The notes below the pieces were generated by a model, which was given only the letters and a program-made list of their open reading frames with translations, searched no databases and had not been told where the DNA came from. A stretch of 64,000 nucleotides of DNA, taken from contig CM082585.2 in NCBI GenBank assembly GCA_040954595.2, positions 7,913,353-7,977,352 on the forward strand. The letters run 5' to 3'. The position numbers and the translations under genes are program-made. The DNA is from Balanoglossus misakiensis (taxonomy: Eukaryota; Animalia; Hemichordata). This document shows, piece by piece, positions 24,803 to 51,274 of this stretch. Position 1 is the stretch's first letter, and every line of letters starts with the position of its first letter.

Positions 24803-26713
24803 CATGTCAGACTGTCAATCTACGTTTGAATATTTTGAGCGTTTCCATAAAAAACGGTCATTATTGTGACCCCAAAAACCTATTCAAAATAACATAAGTT
24901 TACACTGAATTTTGAGAAGGCTCAGTTACAAAAGGTACACGCGGTTTTAAAATAACAAATCTAATCGTTAGCTGAATGCCCCCACTTCACCTTTAAATAA
25001 TGGTTAAATATTACAAAGATTTAATGACAATATGTTCAATTGCCTTTTGTGGTAAAACAAGCTAATGTTTACCGCTGAGGGTATCGTTTTTCGGTGTTTA
25101 GCGCGCACTGCGGTTGCGTCAGCAACGGTCACTTTCGATCAGTAGACATGCATGGGTCACTCCTGCAAAAAACTTAACGGCATCGTCGGTTCTTGAAAGG
25201 GGGGACCTTATCGACACGCGTGGACTGACCAGCACCAGTGCGATATCACGGAGGGGGGGGGGTGATTAGTCAAAATTTATAGGTTGTCGAATATAGAACT
25301 TTGTTGTCGTCAACCAGATGTACGCTTTTAGTGTGGAGCGTAAATTACGTTACTGTGTAAAGTCACACTACAAAAAGACGCCGCGCCCAAATCTGCTGCA
25401 GCGAGCCAGTCGATCGATCTTTAACTCGGGAAACGTCGGAGAATTTATTGCTTATCTCAGTTTGAAGACAGGGCCATATATTTGCCCCTTTTTTCTTGTC
25501 TTGTGTTTTATTTTTGGGGATTTTTTATCACCGAGATTGTACCAAGTGGAGTTCACAGCTGCAGGCTGTCGCCAAAATATGCTTCACGCGGTTTGTGGTA
25601 CGTAACACAGTAGCCGGGCGTAACACCAGTGGCTTCCGTCTCAACGTCATGGGAGATTCCACTTGTCTCTCTGTGCAATTGTTTGTGAATTATCCTGTCA
25701 AACTTTTAGCGCAACTGTCAACTGTTAGGACGAATAATTATGAAAAATGGGTACAAGCCGAGAGTTAGAAAACATGCCAGCAAGATTTCAGCCGTCGGCG
25801 TGGCAGAGATTGCATCGCGAGACTCCACCGGCCATATTTCAAAAGTAGATATTTGGGTGCGCTCATAAATTGCTACAATTTTCAACGGGTGCGATTGATT
25901 TTCTCGGGATTGTATTTACGATTTACGGCGAAGTGCAGTAAGCACCACATGTTACCATGCAACATGCACACTGCCAAGTAAAGTTCCAAAAATAAGATCG
26001 GCTGTTTATTCGCTCATGTCTTTGGTTTACACGGGTTTTATTCGATTCAATGAGCCTGTAAGGTTAAAAATGCAACCATTTCAAGTTGCAGAGGTCGGAG
26101 GTCAACGGTCACCTGTCAGACCGTCTGTGACCACCTGTTGATGGTCCAATGTTCACGGCGAAATATTTCGACGCTAGAGGGCGCCTCAAACGTTTCCCTT
26201 GAGACACAACACTTGTGGCGTACACTACAAGACCGATTAGACCATAAAAGCCTGCAGCCGCTTCACTATTTTTGGTTTGAACATTTTATACTCTTCTGTG
26301 ATATATGGATAACAATTTCCAATGGTTGTTATTGTTGCGAATATGCACGAATGTACAGGAAGATCGATCACCAGACCAAACCTGCTACCCCCCAGGCTGA
26401 AAATGGAACGCTCTCCCACGTCTCGCAAGTCCAACATGGCAGGTCATTTGATTGGCATGTCCAATTGATAGAATAAGAAGTTGTAGTTTGTAGCTAGTCC
26501 AGACGACTTCACAGCCCTACTCAAGCCTAGGCAAATAAGGTCAGTACTTTAGACTCTGCAAATCACTTCACAAGAAGTTTTTGTGTGTGTGTTGTGTGGA
26601 TGAGTTGGAAAGAAAGTCCATGTAAAATTGTCTGTGACATGCGGTCTATGCAAATACCAAGGGAAATTTGAATGATAAAATATACCACACCTGGGATAAA
26701 ATTGGGAAATGAT

Positions 26714-26719
26714 TTTATT
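26714..26719 (-). terminator. Likely POLA1 polyadenylation signal
   Basis: TTTATT on + (AATAAA on -) about 380 nt past the POLA1 stop. Confidence 0.5.
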
Positions 26720-27099
26720 CAAATAACCACAGTAATGTCATTGCAATTATGAGTACTACATAACATACAATGATACATTGGTCATATAAAAATCATCAAA
26801 AATTAAAGTAGTTTTCTGCCTACAAAAATAGTTCTTAACAAAGAAGGATCAATTCATTTAAAGTTATTTGGTTGCCTTGTGGAGGGGGTAGGGGTAGAGA
26901 GAGGGGGGGGGGGGGTTAAGAAAGTATTGTACATCAGTCCAAGGGTAAGTTACAGTTTCTGTAATCAAGTGAGCACATTCATCTCATTTTGAGATAAATT
27001 CAGTTAAATATCAGTGCTGACATGCATTCAGTTTTTTTCCAAATCACAAAAAACCACCCTCTTGTATTTAAGTTCTATCCAACTTAAATATCCGGGCCC

Positions 27100-40092
<12,993 letters not shown>

Positions 40093-40579
40093 CTTCGAAA
40101 CTCAAAAATGGCGCGAGATATTCCGTAAACAACCGAAAATGGCTTCGGTAGATTCCGGTGAAGGAAGCTCTTCATTTTATGCGGGGAGGTACTGCGCAAA
40201 TCAGAAGGGACACGCTTGCAACGTTTCTTGTTCTTTAGAATGTCAACAAAGGCTATGGTTATGCTGTTAGGAAAGAAACACCAATGAAATATGAATGTTT
40301 TATTATTAAATTACTCTGAAATAGACTTCAAACGCACCACTATTGTCTCAACCACCAGGTTGAAGTCAACTCCGAATAGAATTACCTAATTTAGGGTTCA
40401 AAGGTTAGATTTGTATACGTGTCCAAAAAATCAAGTGTCGTCAGCTGGTAGGGCCACTTGATTTTATCTTCCTGGTACAGATCTATGAAAGGTAGGAGCT
40501 TTTTTAGCCTCTTTGGCAAGTTAATGATTCTGATTCAGTTTTTCCGCCCCCTTTTTCGGTGTGACGTTCGGCTCCGAAA
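40093..40579. promoter_or_regulatory. Bidirectional POLA1/PCYT1 promoter region with a putative non-coding PCYT1 first exon ending at 40579
   Basis: Divergent genes. YY1-type motifs GCCATCTT (over the POLA1 ATG) and AAAATGGCG (about 40105), a GC-box/E2F-like TTTTCCGCCCC (about 40539), a CRE half-site TGACGT (40562), and a GTAAGT donor at 40580. Confidence 0.6.
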
Positions 40580-42902
40580 GTAAGTCGCTCACCAGATGCA
40601 GACGACCGTAGTTCGAGACTTGGCTATTTTAATCTGATTATGTAGTATTTCACGGTATTAGTATATTTCCAAAATTATTTTTATCGCAGGGTCAGATCGA
40701 CCCTTAGGGTGTCTGTATCTGGACCATACTGTATTTATTTCCTCACTCGATCGGACAGGACGCTCGGGCTATAAAATGATTTAATTGATTTTCTGATGGT
40801 CACCTCGCCATATATACATACATACTGTGGTCTGTACACATAGTAAACACACAACAATCGTCTCATGCACACACAACATCAGGGCAGTATTGTTATAGAT
40901 TAGTATAATCCCCAAGGCACGGCATGTTAAAAACTTACCTGACCAGTAACCCATGGTTGAATTTTATTTTTTCTTCTCTACACCATAACCCGGTCTATAC
41001 CAACACACGTGTGTGCTGACCCTTATCAATTTCACTGGTGAACTTTACAATGTAATTTATTACATGTTGCTACAGTACAGTATATTAATTATGTAGCCCA
41101 ACCATTACATATGAACAAAACATTTGTTTTAATAGTCCAGAATATCCACCTACTCAGTACATATATAATTTACCCCAGCACTCTATTGTACTATTGCATT
41201 GGCTACTGACAGTAAAGTCTCTGATCCAAATTTAGGTCAGGTACTTCCATCCAATGTTGTGTAATGTTGTTTTACTTGACAACCAGCCAGATTTTTCTCA
41301 TAAATGTTCTTATACTACTGTTTAATATTAACCAAGAGCTTTAATTAGAGCCAAGCTGTGTATATCACCTGATGTGTATTCCATTGTTTCTGTTGTGGCG
41401 ATTGCCAATACTGAAAGAAATGTCATACCAGACATAACACATATTAAGGGACTGTCTCAGATTGTCACTTAGGTTCAAAGAGCAAATTGGGTCGAGGCTA
41501 CTTGCTATGTTTGCCAACATGCCATCCTTTGTGGTGGTGGGTTCTATGGGCAGCAATTTGACCTAATGGTAAAAGTGGGCTCAAACCCCCCACTTCCCCT
41601 TCAAGCAAATTAATTTCACATTTTTAACTTCTGCGACACTCGGAGATGGTCCCTCGGATGACTGGACAAGCATACCAGTGAAGTCAGTCAGTGACCTGGC
41701 TGTTTCAATTGTTTATTGAATCCATACAACCAAAGTTCACATTTGCAAACGCACCATATTAGAAAGTTTGTCCACTATTATGGTTAGAGAGCCCCATCCC
41801 AAGCCCACAATCCTATCCATCAGCTATTCATATTCAAATATGTACCGACACAGTAACCTTTGACCCCATGAGGTGATGCCAGTATTTTAGCAATGTGGAG
41901 TGAACTTTGAAATCGAATGATACACATTACATCACTCACAATCCCCACGAAAAGATTTTAACCTTGCTTCATGTGCGAAGGTCACATCTACCCTGCTACA
42001 GGTAACATTGTCTTGTCCTCTATTCTCAACTGTTTTATCGTTGTACTCTAATCCTATGAATACTTTCTCTTTGTATACGTGTCCATGCCATGTGGCACAT
42101 TTACACGTACGTATGGCAATTAATCTAAAACATGTACATATCATATGCTATTTATCTTTCAATACATTGTCTTAATCATATTACATCAGGCCGTTTATTT
42201 CATTTCTGTTTGTGTGTTATTATTTTAGGTCCTGTGAAATAAGCCTAAATATCTTCCGGATCTTTATTTACACTTACAGCAAAATATATTGAATGTTCAT
42301 TGCAAGAGATCTATTTTGTATTCTGCCTAAGCATCTATCTATAGTATATAGGTTTGATTTTTTAAGGTGTTAGGTTTTAGTGTGTGTACATTGTGTGTAG
42401 ATTTCTGGCTGAAATGATACAAGGTTGAAATGCATTAAACGTGGCGGTATATGAACTTGGGACCCAGCCATCAGCTTGGGACTGTACAGTACTGTATGTC
42501 GTTCAACCCTACTGTGTCCAACTGACAGGACTAATGGACCGATGGAATAAGAACTTTGAACCCACTTGAACAGAACTTTAAAGTTCAGAAGAACTGTTAG
42601 TTATACAGAACTGGGTGTGTTGTTAATGGTATTTCAATAGAAGTAGAGGGAAGTTTCTGTTTTATTTTGCAGACTATAAACTTTATTGTAGCTTTACAGC
42701 CATGCTCTGATATGTACGTGTTGTTGTATTTCAATGGTATACATGTTTCCCTTCTAAGATTTTCTTTCTTTCTTTCTATCTTTCACAGGTATAATAGTAC
42801 ATGTGTATATGACAGGGCACCAGTAGTGTAGAGTAAACTTTCAAGATTACCGGTAAATTGTGCATTATTGGTATATATTTATAGTAGTCAATACAAGAAG
42901 AC

Positions 42903-45900
42903 ATGGCTTCCAGTTCTAGGAGTCAGAACCGTAAAAGGCGGGCGACGACAGACAACAGTGTGGGTTCTAATGACAATGGGGTACCGAAGAAAATTCCCAA
43001 AATTAGAGAGGTGAGTCAACTTTCTGGCCCTTCCTATATGAACCAGTGTTTCTTGGTCAGAGCGAGACCAATCTGCAGATTTGTGCTGAACAGCAGGTGC
43101 AGAGATGTTGTACCATTCAAATGAGGTGACAGGAGCTTTCAACAGGCTGCAATCACCCCTATTAGCATAATAGCTGGTCCAGTCATGCCAGTATCCATAC
43201 GTCCTGTAGTAGCTTGAAGCTAATTGGTTCAACCCATAAACGTTTCTTGTGTCGCTGAAGCTGATTGGTTGAACTATCTTTATAGCTATTAAGCTGCTGG
43301 GAACAATCATACACACCCTGTTACTATACATGTATATACAACACATGGTGATTGGCCCACAAGTCCAAATCTGGCCGATGGATCAATACCCCACTTGTGC
43401 ACAGACCTTGAAAAACAGAATCCAGACTATTCTTACAGAATGTGAATGTTCCGGTTTACCATTGAAATAAAAATGTATTAGGGTAACAGATGTTGTTCAG
43501 CTTTAAATTGCCTTTGTTAAAAAAACAAATCTCTGTCGTTTAGGAGCATTATTTGCCTATTGTCAGACAGATCTAGCAAAATGAATTATATGAAAAAAGG
43601 TAGCACAATTACCATACCCAGCACAAATTTTATAATATAACTAAATATGCAAAATAATCATCTAATTTTTTTTATTTCAAGGATGCTAGATATTTTACTA
43701 GTGCCTTTTTATTTATTTATTTATTTTTAATAAGTTGTCAGTGCCTGAATAATTTAGGTAAGATTGGGAAAAAAAATTGTTGAGTTCGAAAGCAGCAATA
43801 TTACTGCCTGCCCTTGAAAATCAGTTATTTTTTACAGTGTGCAATCCTGTGTAAAATTTGAATATTATACGTAACAGTACACATGCTAATCTTGCTTGAA
43901 GTAATTCCACTCAAATATCTCTGACGCCTTGGGTACTTTAGGTGCAGATGGTATTCATAAAAAAATTAGAATAAAGAGAGAGTGTCTTCATGAATAATTA
44001 ATCAGCGATCAGCTGTTCTGAAGAAAACACCTCATTGTCATACTTGAGTCAGGCAGGCAGGCGGCCATTTGTATAGACAGATCATGATCATGGAAACACA
44101 GGATAGCTGATGGATAGGTGACCGGATTCCCTCTGCCTTGTGTTTGAGTTCCTTTTCCATGGCCGCCGCCGCAGCGTCTGCCATGGCGGGAAACGGTGAC
44201 ATCACGGATGAGGAGTTTGTGGATCTGTTCTGGGAATCTGACAACGACTCGGATGGCGATCCGTTCTTTGAGTGCAGTGAGAGGCCGTACTGGCCTGAGC
44301 CTGATGATACTGTAAGCATTGTAGTCTGACCGACGACTCGAATAACTGTGTCCTCATCATTCAGTCATTTCTCTGCAGAACACGATTCTCCAGAACCCCA
44401 TCATGATTTACAGCAATGACGGCTACATTATGTCATCATGCATAATTTTCCAGATTCAGAATCTGAAATTAGCCGGCTCACTTAATATGACTCATCATCT
44501 GACAGTTTCCCACAGAGATTATTGCATTATTTCATTACGGAGTGTCTAGCTGAATCATATTATAATTCAATGAACCATTGATTTCAAAAGGGCATTTATT
44601 TCATTTCGATAATATTTTCAAGTGTACAATCTACATTTAAGAGAACAGACTGACTCCAGTCATTTCTACACTTGTTGTCATGACGTTTCAAAATTCATAG
44701 TGAGTCTGATAGCAATGTACATTAATCCAGTATGACACACCGCTAACACAGTGAAATTCACATGCAAGAATAATTTTCTAACATGAACACAGCTTTACAT
44801 ATTCATAATCAACCCCAGGGAACACCCCAGCAGACCTTAACCTCGGTTTGAAAACAACATCCGGGGGAAAGTGGTCTATAGCCCCATACATCATCTGATG
44901 TCCTCAGCCCTGGTTACGTCTAGTAGCTCATGAGTTTGGAAATTTTGAATATGACTTATGCATTTGTTTATCAATCACCCATTCGTCATTTATTCCCCGT
45001 GAGCTGCGGTACGAAAAATAAAACAATCAAAATAAAATTTCTAATTCTGCAATATTGACGAAACGCAAACAGGCCAGCAGAAAGAGATGGTTGGCATTTG
45101 CAGAATGGTGGAGCGTGTTTATAAATAAACATGTGCTGGTTGATTAGAGAATTATGATGTTAATAGGGTGTATTTTTAGATGGTCAGGTGGACTGTATAA
45201 TATCGTAACTTTTTTTTTGCATATAATGGGAGCCTGGAAGGTTTAGACCTTCTGCGCGGGCAGTGAACTTGTTTTATATGTGTATTTTTTTCTTGCAACC
45301 ATGGAAGTCACCCAGCTGGTACTTCAGAGTGTCTGTCTCGCGTTTTTCACTTGTGTGACTGGGCTCTGCTGTATGGCTGTCAAGTTTCTGTATACGGCGA
45401 TCATGTTTAGCGGTGATGCAGCGAACCGCTGTGGTGGCAATGTCAAAGTGGATGATGATCGCGTCGGTGAATGTGCTGGTTGCGGTTGGAACTGTCGTCC
45501 GTCAGATCTGTGTGCGTTCTGTCTGTTGACGTCAGAGGAAGTAAGATCATTCATCGGGGTTTTTATCAGCTCCAGAGTTTGACTGAGTGTATGTGTGCTA
45601 TGGCAGTGATGTTGTAGATGGTGGTCCCTACTGTAGTCTACATCACATGCATAGTTGGCCTGTACCACCAGAAAAACAACCGCATCATTGGAAGGTCGAT
45701 CAGCAGATCTTTGTTCATTTTATTTATAGACAGTATCACTGTCATTTTTCGTCACTATTTTGTTATGATATTTATTACAGCTTTATTACAGGGTGCCAGG
45801 GGTCAGTTATCATGACTTGTGTTGTATTATGCAAAATCGGGAAATTATAAGTACATTGGTTGTCATAACAACATTAGGAAGGAATGGCAAATTTGATTAA

Positions 45901-48900
45901 GAGTCTCCAGATTCTTTTGGTAGACAAATTCCCTTTCATTCAGTCTTACAGATCATTAGTTGTCATAGTGCATGTCAGGTACAGAAGGCATCCCAGTCTG
46001 AAATATGAGTCTTCAACAATGAAGGATAGGGACAGTTACCCGGGTACATTGTACTGTTTCTCGGAACCTGGAATGTTTGGATCCATCCTGACTGAGCCAA
46101 ACAGATAGTGATTGAACTTGAGATTTGACCTGCAAATTCGTGTTCTATTACAAAGCACTGTTTTTGTTTGTGCAGGTGTCCACTTCAAATGCTCCATGTA
46201 TATCGGCATACACGAACTGAAAGACTTTTCAATGATGACATTATACAGTTAATGAGGTGTCCTTTCCATTGTCCTAAAGGTCACAGTGGAGGTCATTTCG
46301 ACATTGTGTATGATTTCAGTGTCTGTAACCTCCTCTATGTATGTATTTTTAGATCGCAACAATCAGAAAAGAAATTTTTGTTTGACAGATTTAAAACTGC
46401 ATGAATAAACACTTTCCATGCGGAGTGTGCGTAGGTATGTTCAGTAACCATAGAAACACAATAGGTAATTTGATAATATATACGCTGTTACACATATACC
46501 GGGCAATGCAGCACTGGTAATTGTGGTACAATGTATACGATTGTTTCTTTACCTAGAATTGTAATTTTGCCAAATTTTCTAATCTGATTTTCTGATCAAT
46601 AACATCACATGCAGATATACAGCTTAGCTTGATGCAAAGTCCGTTGAGTCAACTCCTAGTAAATAGTGGTCATTGAACCACCCACCCCACCCCACCCACA
46701 CGCAGACCACGCCTTCCATTGTACATGTTTTGTACCTGCTCACTGTGGCAAGCCTATTGTTTTCAGTGGCAAGATTGGACCATTTCTCAATAGAGAGGGG
46801 TATCTTGGTTTTGTTGTCAGCATTTGTCAGAATCTGCGTTGCTCAGGTGTAACTTGTTCATATAAATGCCAAGTGCCTGCGATTTGCACTCTGCATTGAG
46901 TACAAGCATCAATCCTCCTTTTCCTGGAAACTGAAGCTGTTCATGTCCATATTTGGTCACATTTGGCCGTCTTCGCGATGCTGTTAATACTGTATACTTG
47001 CATTAAAACCAGGCTATTATTGATTTGGGTGGAATGAAAACATTTGCAAGAAGCTAATGTGCCTCCTTTGATCTGTGGGTCCCTTTTAGGGTCAAGCTGA
47101 AAAAGTGCAAGGAACGTCTATTGTCAACTAGACAATGGGAGTTGAAATGACCTTGGTGGCTGGGCAAGGTTGTTTAAACGTCTGTTGCAAACAGAAAATA
47201 AAACAATGAATATATAACCGGTATATGTCTGTATAAATCAATTTTGAGCTCAACAGTAGGAAAATGGAACACTCTCAGTTAAATCTACTGTAGATTGTTT
47301 CATATGGACCTCCAATCATGGCATTGTACTTTGTAGTTGCAATGGAACTTATACATATATGTACATGTATAAGTACCTTCACTGGCAATCCCTTGTGTTG
47401 ATGACCGACAAAACACACACTCCGTACTTGGATGATATAGTCAGCACCTTTCATGTTCTCTTCTCTCTCTCTCTCTCTTTCTCTTTGCAGACCTTACACA
47501 AACCAGCCTATTTCAGTAACTCAATAGAGTCGGGAACCGAAAAGGCAAGTCGCGATTTCAGTACTCCTATCACGATAGAACAGGCAAAAGCGGGAAATAC
47601 TAACAGTAAGTGACTTTTATAATCATTCAGGTCAGCGTGTTTAGTAAAATATATGATTTGTACAAAGAAAATGCAGTTTAATTAGGGACTTATTATGTCA
47701 GATTTCTATGTATGTACCGGATATACTTGCAGGGCCAGTCCGAGTTTACGCAGATGGCATCTTTGACATGTTTCATGCCGGCCATGCTAGAGCATTGATG
47801 CAAGCAAAAAACGTCTTCCCGAACGTCTACCTATTAGTGGGAGGTAAGTACATCGCGTGATTTGGTTTGTTTTGTTTTTGCCTAGGGACTTTTTGATCAC
47901 TGACGTCAATGAAGTCTAGACACAAAGCAGAGATTGCAAGATAATGTATATATGCTGAGCAATTTACCTGGGACGCCCCCAGGGAAGTTAGGTGATACAC
48001 CCCTCCAGTCATATGGTATGGTCCACCTGTTCAATTAGAATAGCACAAACTACATGTACTCCAATGATGATCGGGGATATGTAATGTGGGGTGTACATGT
48101 ATTTGGAGACTGTTCATGTCTTGCATGATATCAATGCACATGGGGTACATCTATGATTTGATTGTGGTCTAACCACGGTCGCCTGGTTTGTTGTACTTTC
48201 ACAGTGTGTAGTGACGATCTGACGCACAGTATGAAAGGCAACACAGTGATGAACGAATGGGAGCGGTACGAAGCTGTGCGACACTGTCGATACGTAGACG
48301 AAGTCATTTCAGACGCGCCCTGGACAATAACTCCGGAATACCTCGACGCGCACAAGGTCAGTACTGCACACAGGATGCACAAATGACGTAAGAATAATCT
48401 GAGACACTCCACTTTGACTGAAAAATCTCGTTGAACGCTTGTACTTACCGAAAGCAATGTTTTCTTTTTCCAGATTGATTTTGTAGCCCACGATGATGTT
48501 CCGTACATCTCTAAAGACTCGGACGACGTCTACAAGGACATCAAAGCAGCCGGCAAATTTGTCGCCACAAAGAGAACAGAAGGCATATCAACCTCAGATC
48601 TCATAGCGAGGATTGTCAAAGACTACGACAAATACGTGAGGAGAAACTTGCGACGAGGGTACACGGCTAAAGAGCTGAATGTTGGTTTTATACATGTAAG
48701 TTGGTATTGCCTTTCAAGGGAGGTACAGGACGTATTCATGTTATCTGTCATCCAGTGCGCGAGATCCCAATGCTGGGTATTAGAGGGAAGGATTGAGAAG
48801 TAGAGTGCCTTGCTCAAGGGCAAAACACTGCGGCCATGTCTGTGGCTCACACACACAATCCTCTGACAGTGTGAGCTTGTTACCTTTCTCACTGGACCAC

Positions 48901-49777
48901 GATGCACTTTATATGTAGTGCCTCTCTGACAATGTGCACCTCACCCCACATTACCTTCATTCACCTCCCCCACACCAGACACCCTCACTGTGCAACCCAC
49001 CACCTAACCCTCTCCTCAAATAAACACATAATTCTTCACTCATCCCCCCCCCCTCCCCTCCCCCAAACCCATCACAGAAAAATCCACTTACTAGCAAACA
49101 TTCTCTCGTCGCCACCCAGGAAAAGAAATTTTTATTTCAAGAAGGCTACGACAAGGTGAAAGAGAAAGTGAAGTCAGTGGAAACTAAATCCAAGGAGTTA
49201 GTTCACAAATTTGAAGATAAAGGCATCGAGATGTTCCAGAGATGGGATGAGCGGTCTCGAGAATTCATCGGCAACTTTTTAGACCTCTTTGGCCGAGACG
49301 GAACGCTGGTAAGTATTTCAGTGGTGTTACTGATGTCTTTTGGGCCTTGGAAAGTGAAGATCTAGCCAATCACAGATTTTCAGTGGGTGGCCACAGAAAA
49401 AAAGTGTGCCCTCTCATGGTCATTAGACATGATTAGAAGCATCCTTTGATTTCTCTCATCTACCTAACAATCATGATGATGAAAAAGTGTTCGTTGGCGT
49501 CAAGCGCCCTCTATAGACTTGTACTCTTGTTCTCTTGTCTTTGATTTCTATTGAAAAAGTTTCGTGACGTTGAGCGCCATCTAAAGACGTGTTCTCTTGT
49601 TCCTTTGTCTTGCAGAATCAGATGTGGCAGGGAGGAAAGGACAAGATCAAGCGGGCAGTATCGCCAACTGGCAGTCCATCATCATCGCCCAGCATGTCCA
49701 GATCATCAAGTGCTCCTTACTGCCTAGCCTCCACTCACGGCGCCTACGAATCTGACCCTGGATCAGAATCTGATTAG
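42903..49777 (+). CDS. PCYT1: Choline-phosphate cytidylyltransferase (CCT); exons 42903-43010, 47491-47605, 47733-47843, 48205-48356, 48474-48695, 49120-49308, 49616-49777
   Basis: [26 protein letters not shown] (HxGH motif), [32 protein letters not shown], the amphipathic M domain (KVKEKVK...[17 protein letters not shown]), a Ser/Pro-rich tail, and an N-terminal RKRR NLS-like motif. Confidence 0.95.
44159..44311 (+). CDS. Putative alternative first coding exon of PCYT1 (51 aa, acidic, FFAT/LIR-like)
   Basis: ATG in ccATGG context, 153 nt open frame, ends at a GTAAGC donor in phase 0 matching the 47491 acceptor; locally GC-rich and coding-like. Confidence 0.65.
45301..45540 (+). CDS. Putative alternative first coding exon of PCYT1 (80 aa, hydrophobic N-terminus plus Cys-rich segment)
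   Basis: Strong Kozak context (accATGG), 240 nt open frame, ends at a GTAAGA donor in phase 0 matching the 47491 acceptor. Confidence 0.6.
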
Positions 49778-51274
49778 ACGTAATACGTCAGTCCCTGGTG
49801 AAATCTGAAGGAAATCTAAGGAAAACAATATATGAAAGTCCCGGAATGAAATATTTTTGAAAGAAGGGGACTGAGACTCGAAAGCTGGCCTGATGATGTC
49901 TAAGAATATCAAATATAATAGAAGAAGCATTTCAATGCAATCTGAAGCTTTTTTTTCAGGTCTAGAGTTACACTGCAGACTGGGTCCTCTGCAAAAGGCT
50001 TGCTTGCTTGCTTCATGTGTGATAAAATATGAGAGAGTGGCCTGGAGTTTTGAGCCTGGATTGGGCCGGCTTCCTGGGTTGTACTGTAATATGGCTCATG
50101 AATATTCAAACGAACAAGCCCCACCACAGACAAGCTTCCTGTGGCCTGGTGCACCTGGCAAGCCCCAGGTGGCTTGTCGATGTTCTGGGCGTGGCTCACT
50201 TAGTAGAACAGGAGATGCAGTCTGTAGTTTTTGAAGGAAATATTCAGACCGGGGTCCGAAGATGAGCTGGCAAAGAAGAACATCAGACTCTGAATCAGAC
50301 AGTTATCATCAGGCATAATCTTTAATCGTGTACGTGAAATGCTCATACTACATAGCTAAGGGATTGAGATGTAAGATATATATATTTCTCAGTTTGACTC
50401 TGTGGTTCTGAGACTTTCACATCTGAAATTATGGACACCTCGAAGCTTTCAAGTCACTGGAATCTTTACGAAATACCAAATTTTGTCTGTTCGATTGTAC
50501 CTTTTGATTTCAAGAAATTGGATAGAATCATTGATCCTTTTGATAATGATCAATCCTCTTGTTGAGAAAATTGGCCAAAAAGAAGGAAATTGATCAGAAT
50601 GCTACACCTTATGGGATTTCTGGGAAGTTTTTGACCGTATTTTTTTTGGAAGAAAATTATCTTCAGGGCCAAAATTCCCAAAAGTCTCAGAAATGCATTT
50701 TGAAATGCAAACATTCACCAAACTTCATTTAATGCTGGCGTTTGATTCAGTGAGAATGTACAATGATGCGAAAAGACAAAGAAAGTGTTAACTTTGTTTA
50801 GAACCTAGTAGCAAAGGATTTGATTGATTGTCAGTCCACCAAGAGACACATTTTCAGTTTTCCAAAACAATTTCATTGCAAAAGACGACCATCACTGTGT
50901 TGTTGGAAACATTGTTTCTTTGTTATTACAAACAAATGCACAATGTTCTTATTCAAGTTTTTAGCCTTCTACAGAAAAGAGAGTAATATTCTTGCTCATA
51001 TAGAAAAGAAAATAATTTGCATGAGACGGGTGGGGTTATTAATGCGCCCTTCAAATTGAGGTGTTTGGTTTTTATGTGCAATTTGCTCCTGACGCTTAAA
51101 GAATGGAGCATGAGAAGTTAATCATTTTCGAAATGTAATAAATATGAAGAAGAACGGTGATCCAAAGGGTGCTAGTTTCTGTGGTTGACTGATCTTGAGT
51201 TTGTGGCACGTCATAAAGGTTTCGTACATGTTTCTCTTTATATTATTTTAGTCCAAAAACTTAAGCATGAACAG

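Noticed and set aside
46400-46440. Possible fourth PCYT1 first exon (donor AG|GTATGT)
   Set aside because: Nearby ATGs give phase 1 or 2, incompatible with the phase-0 acceptor at 47491.
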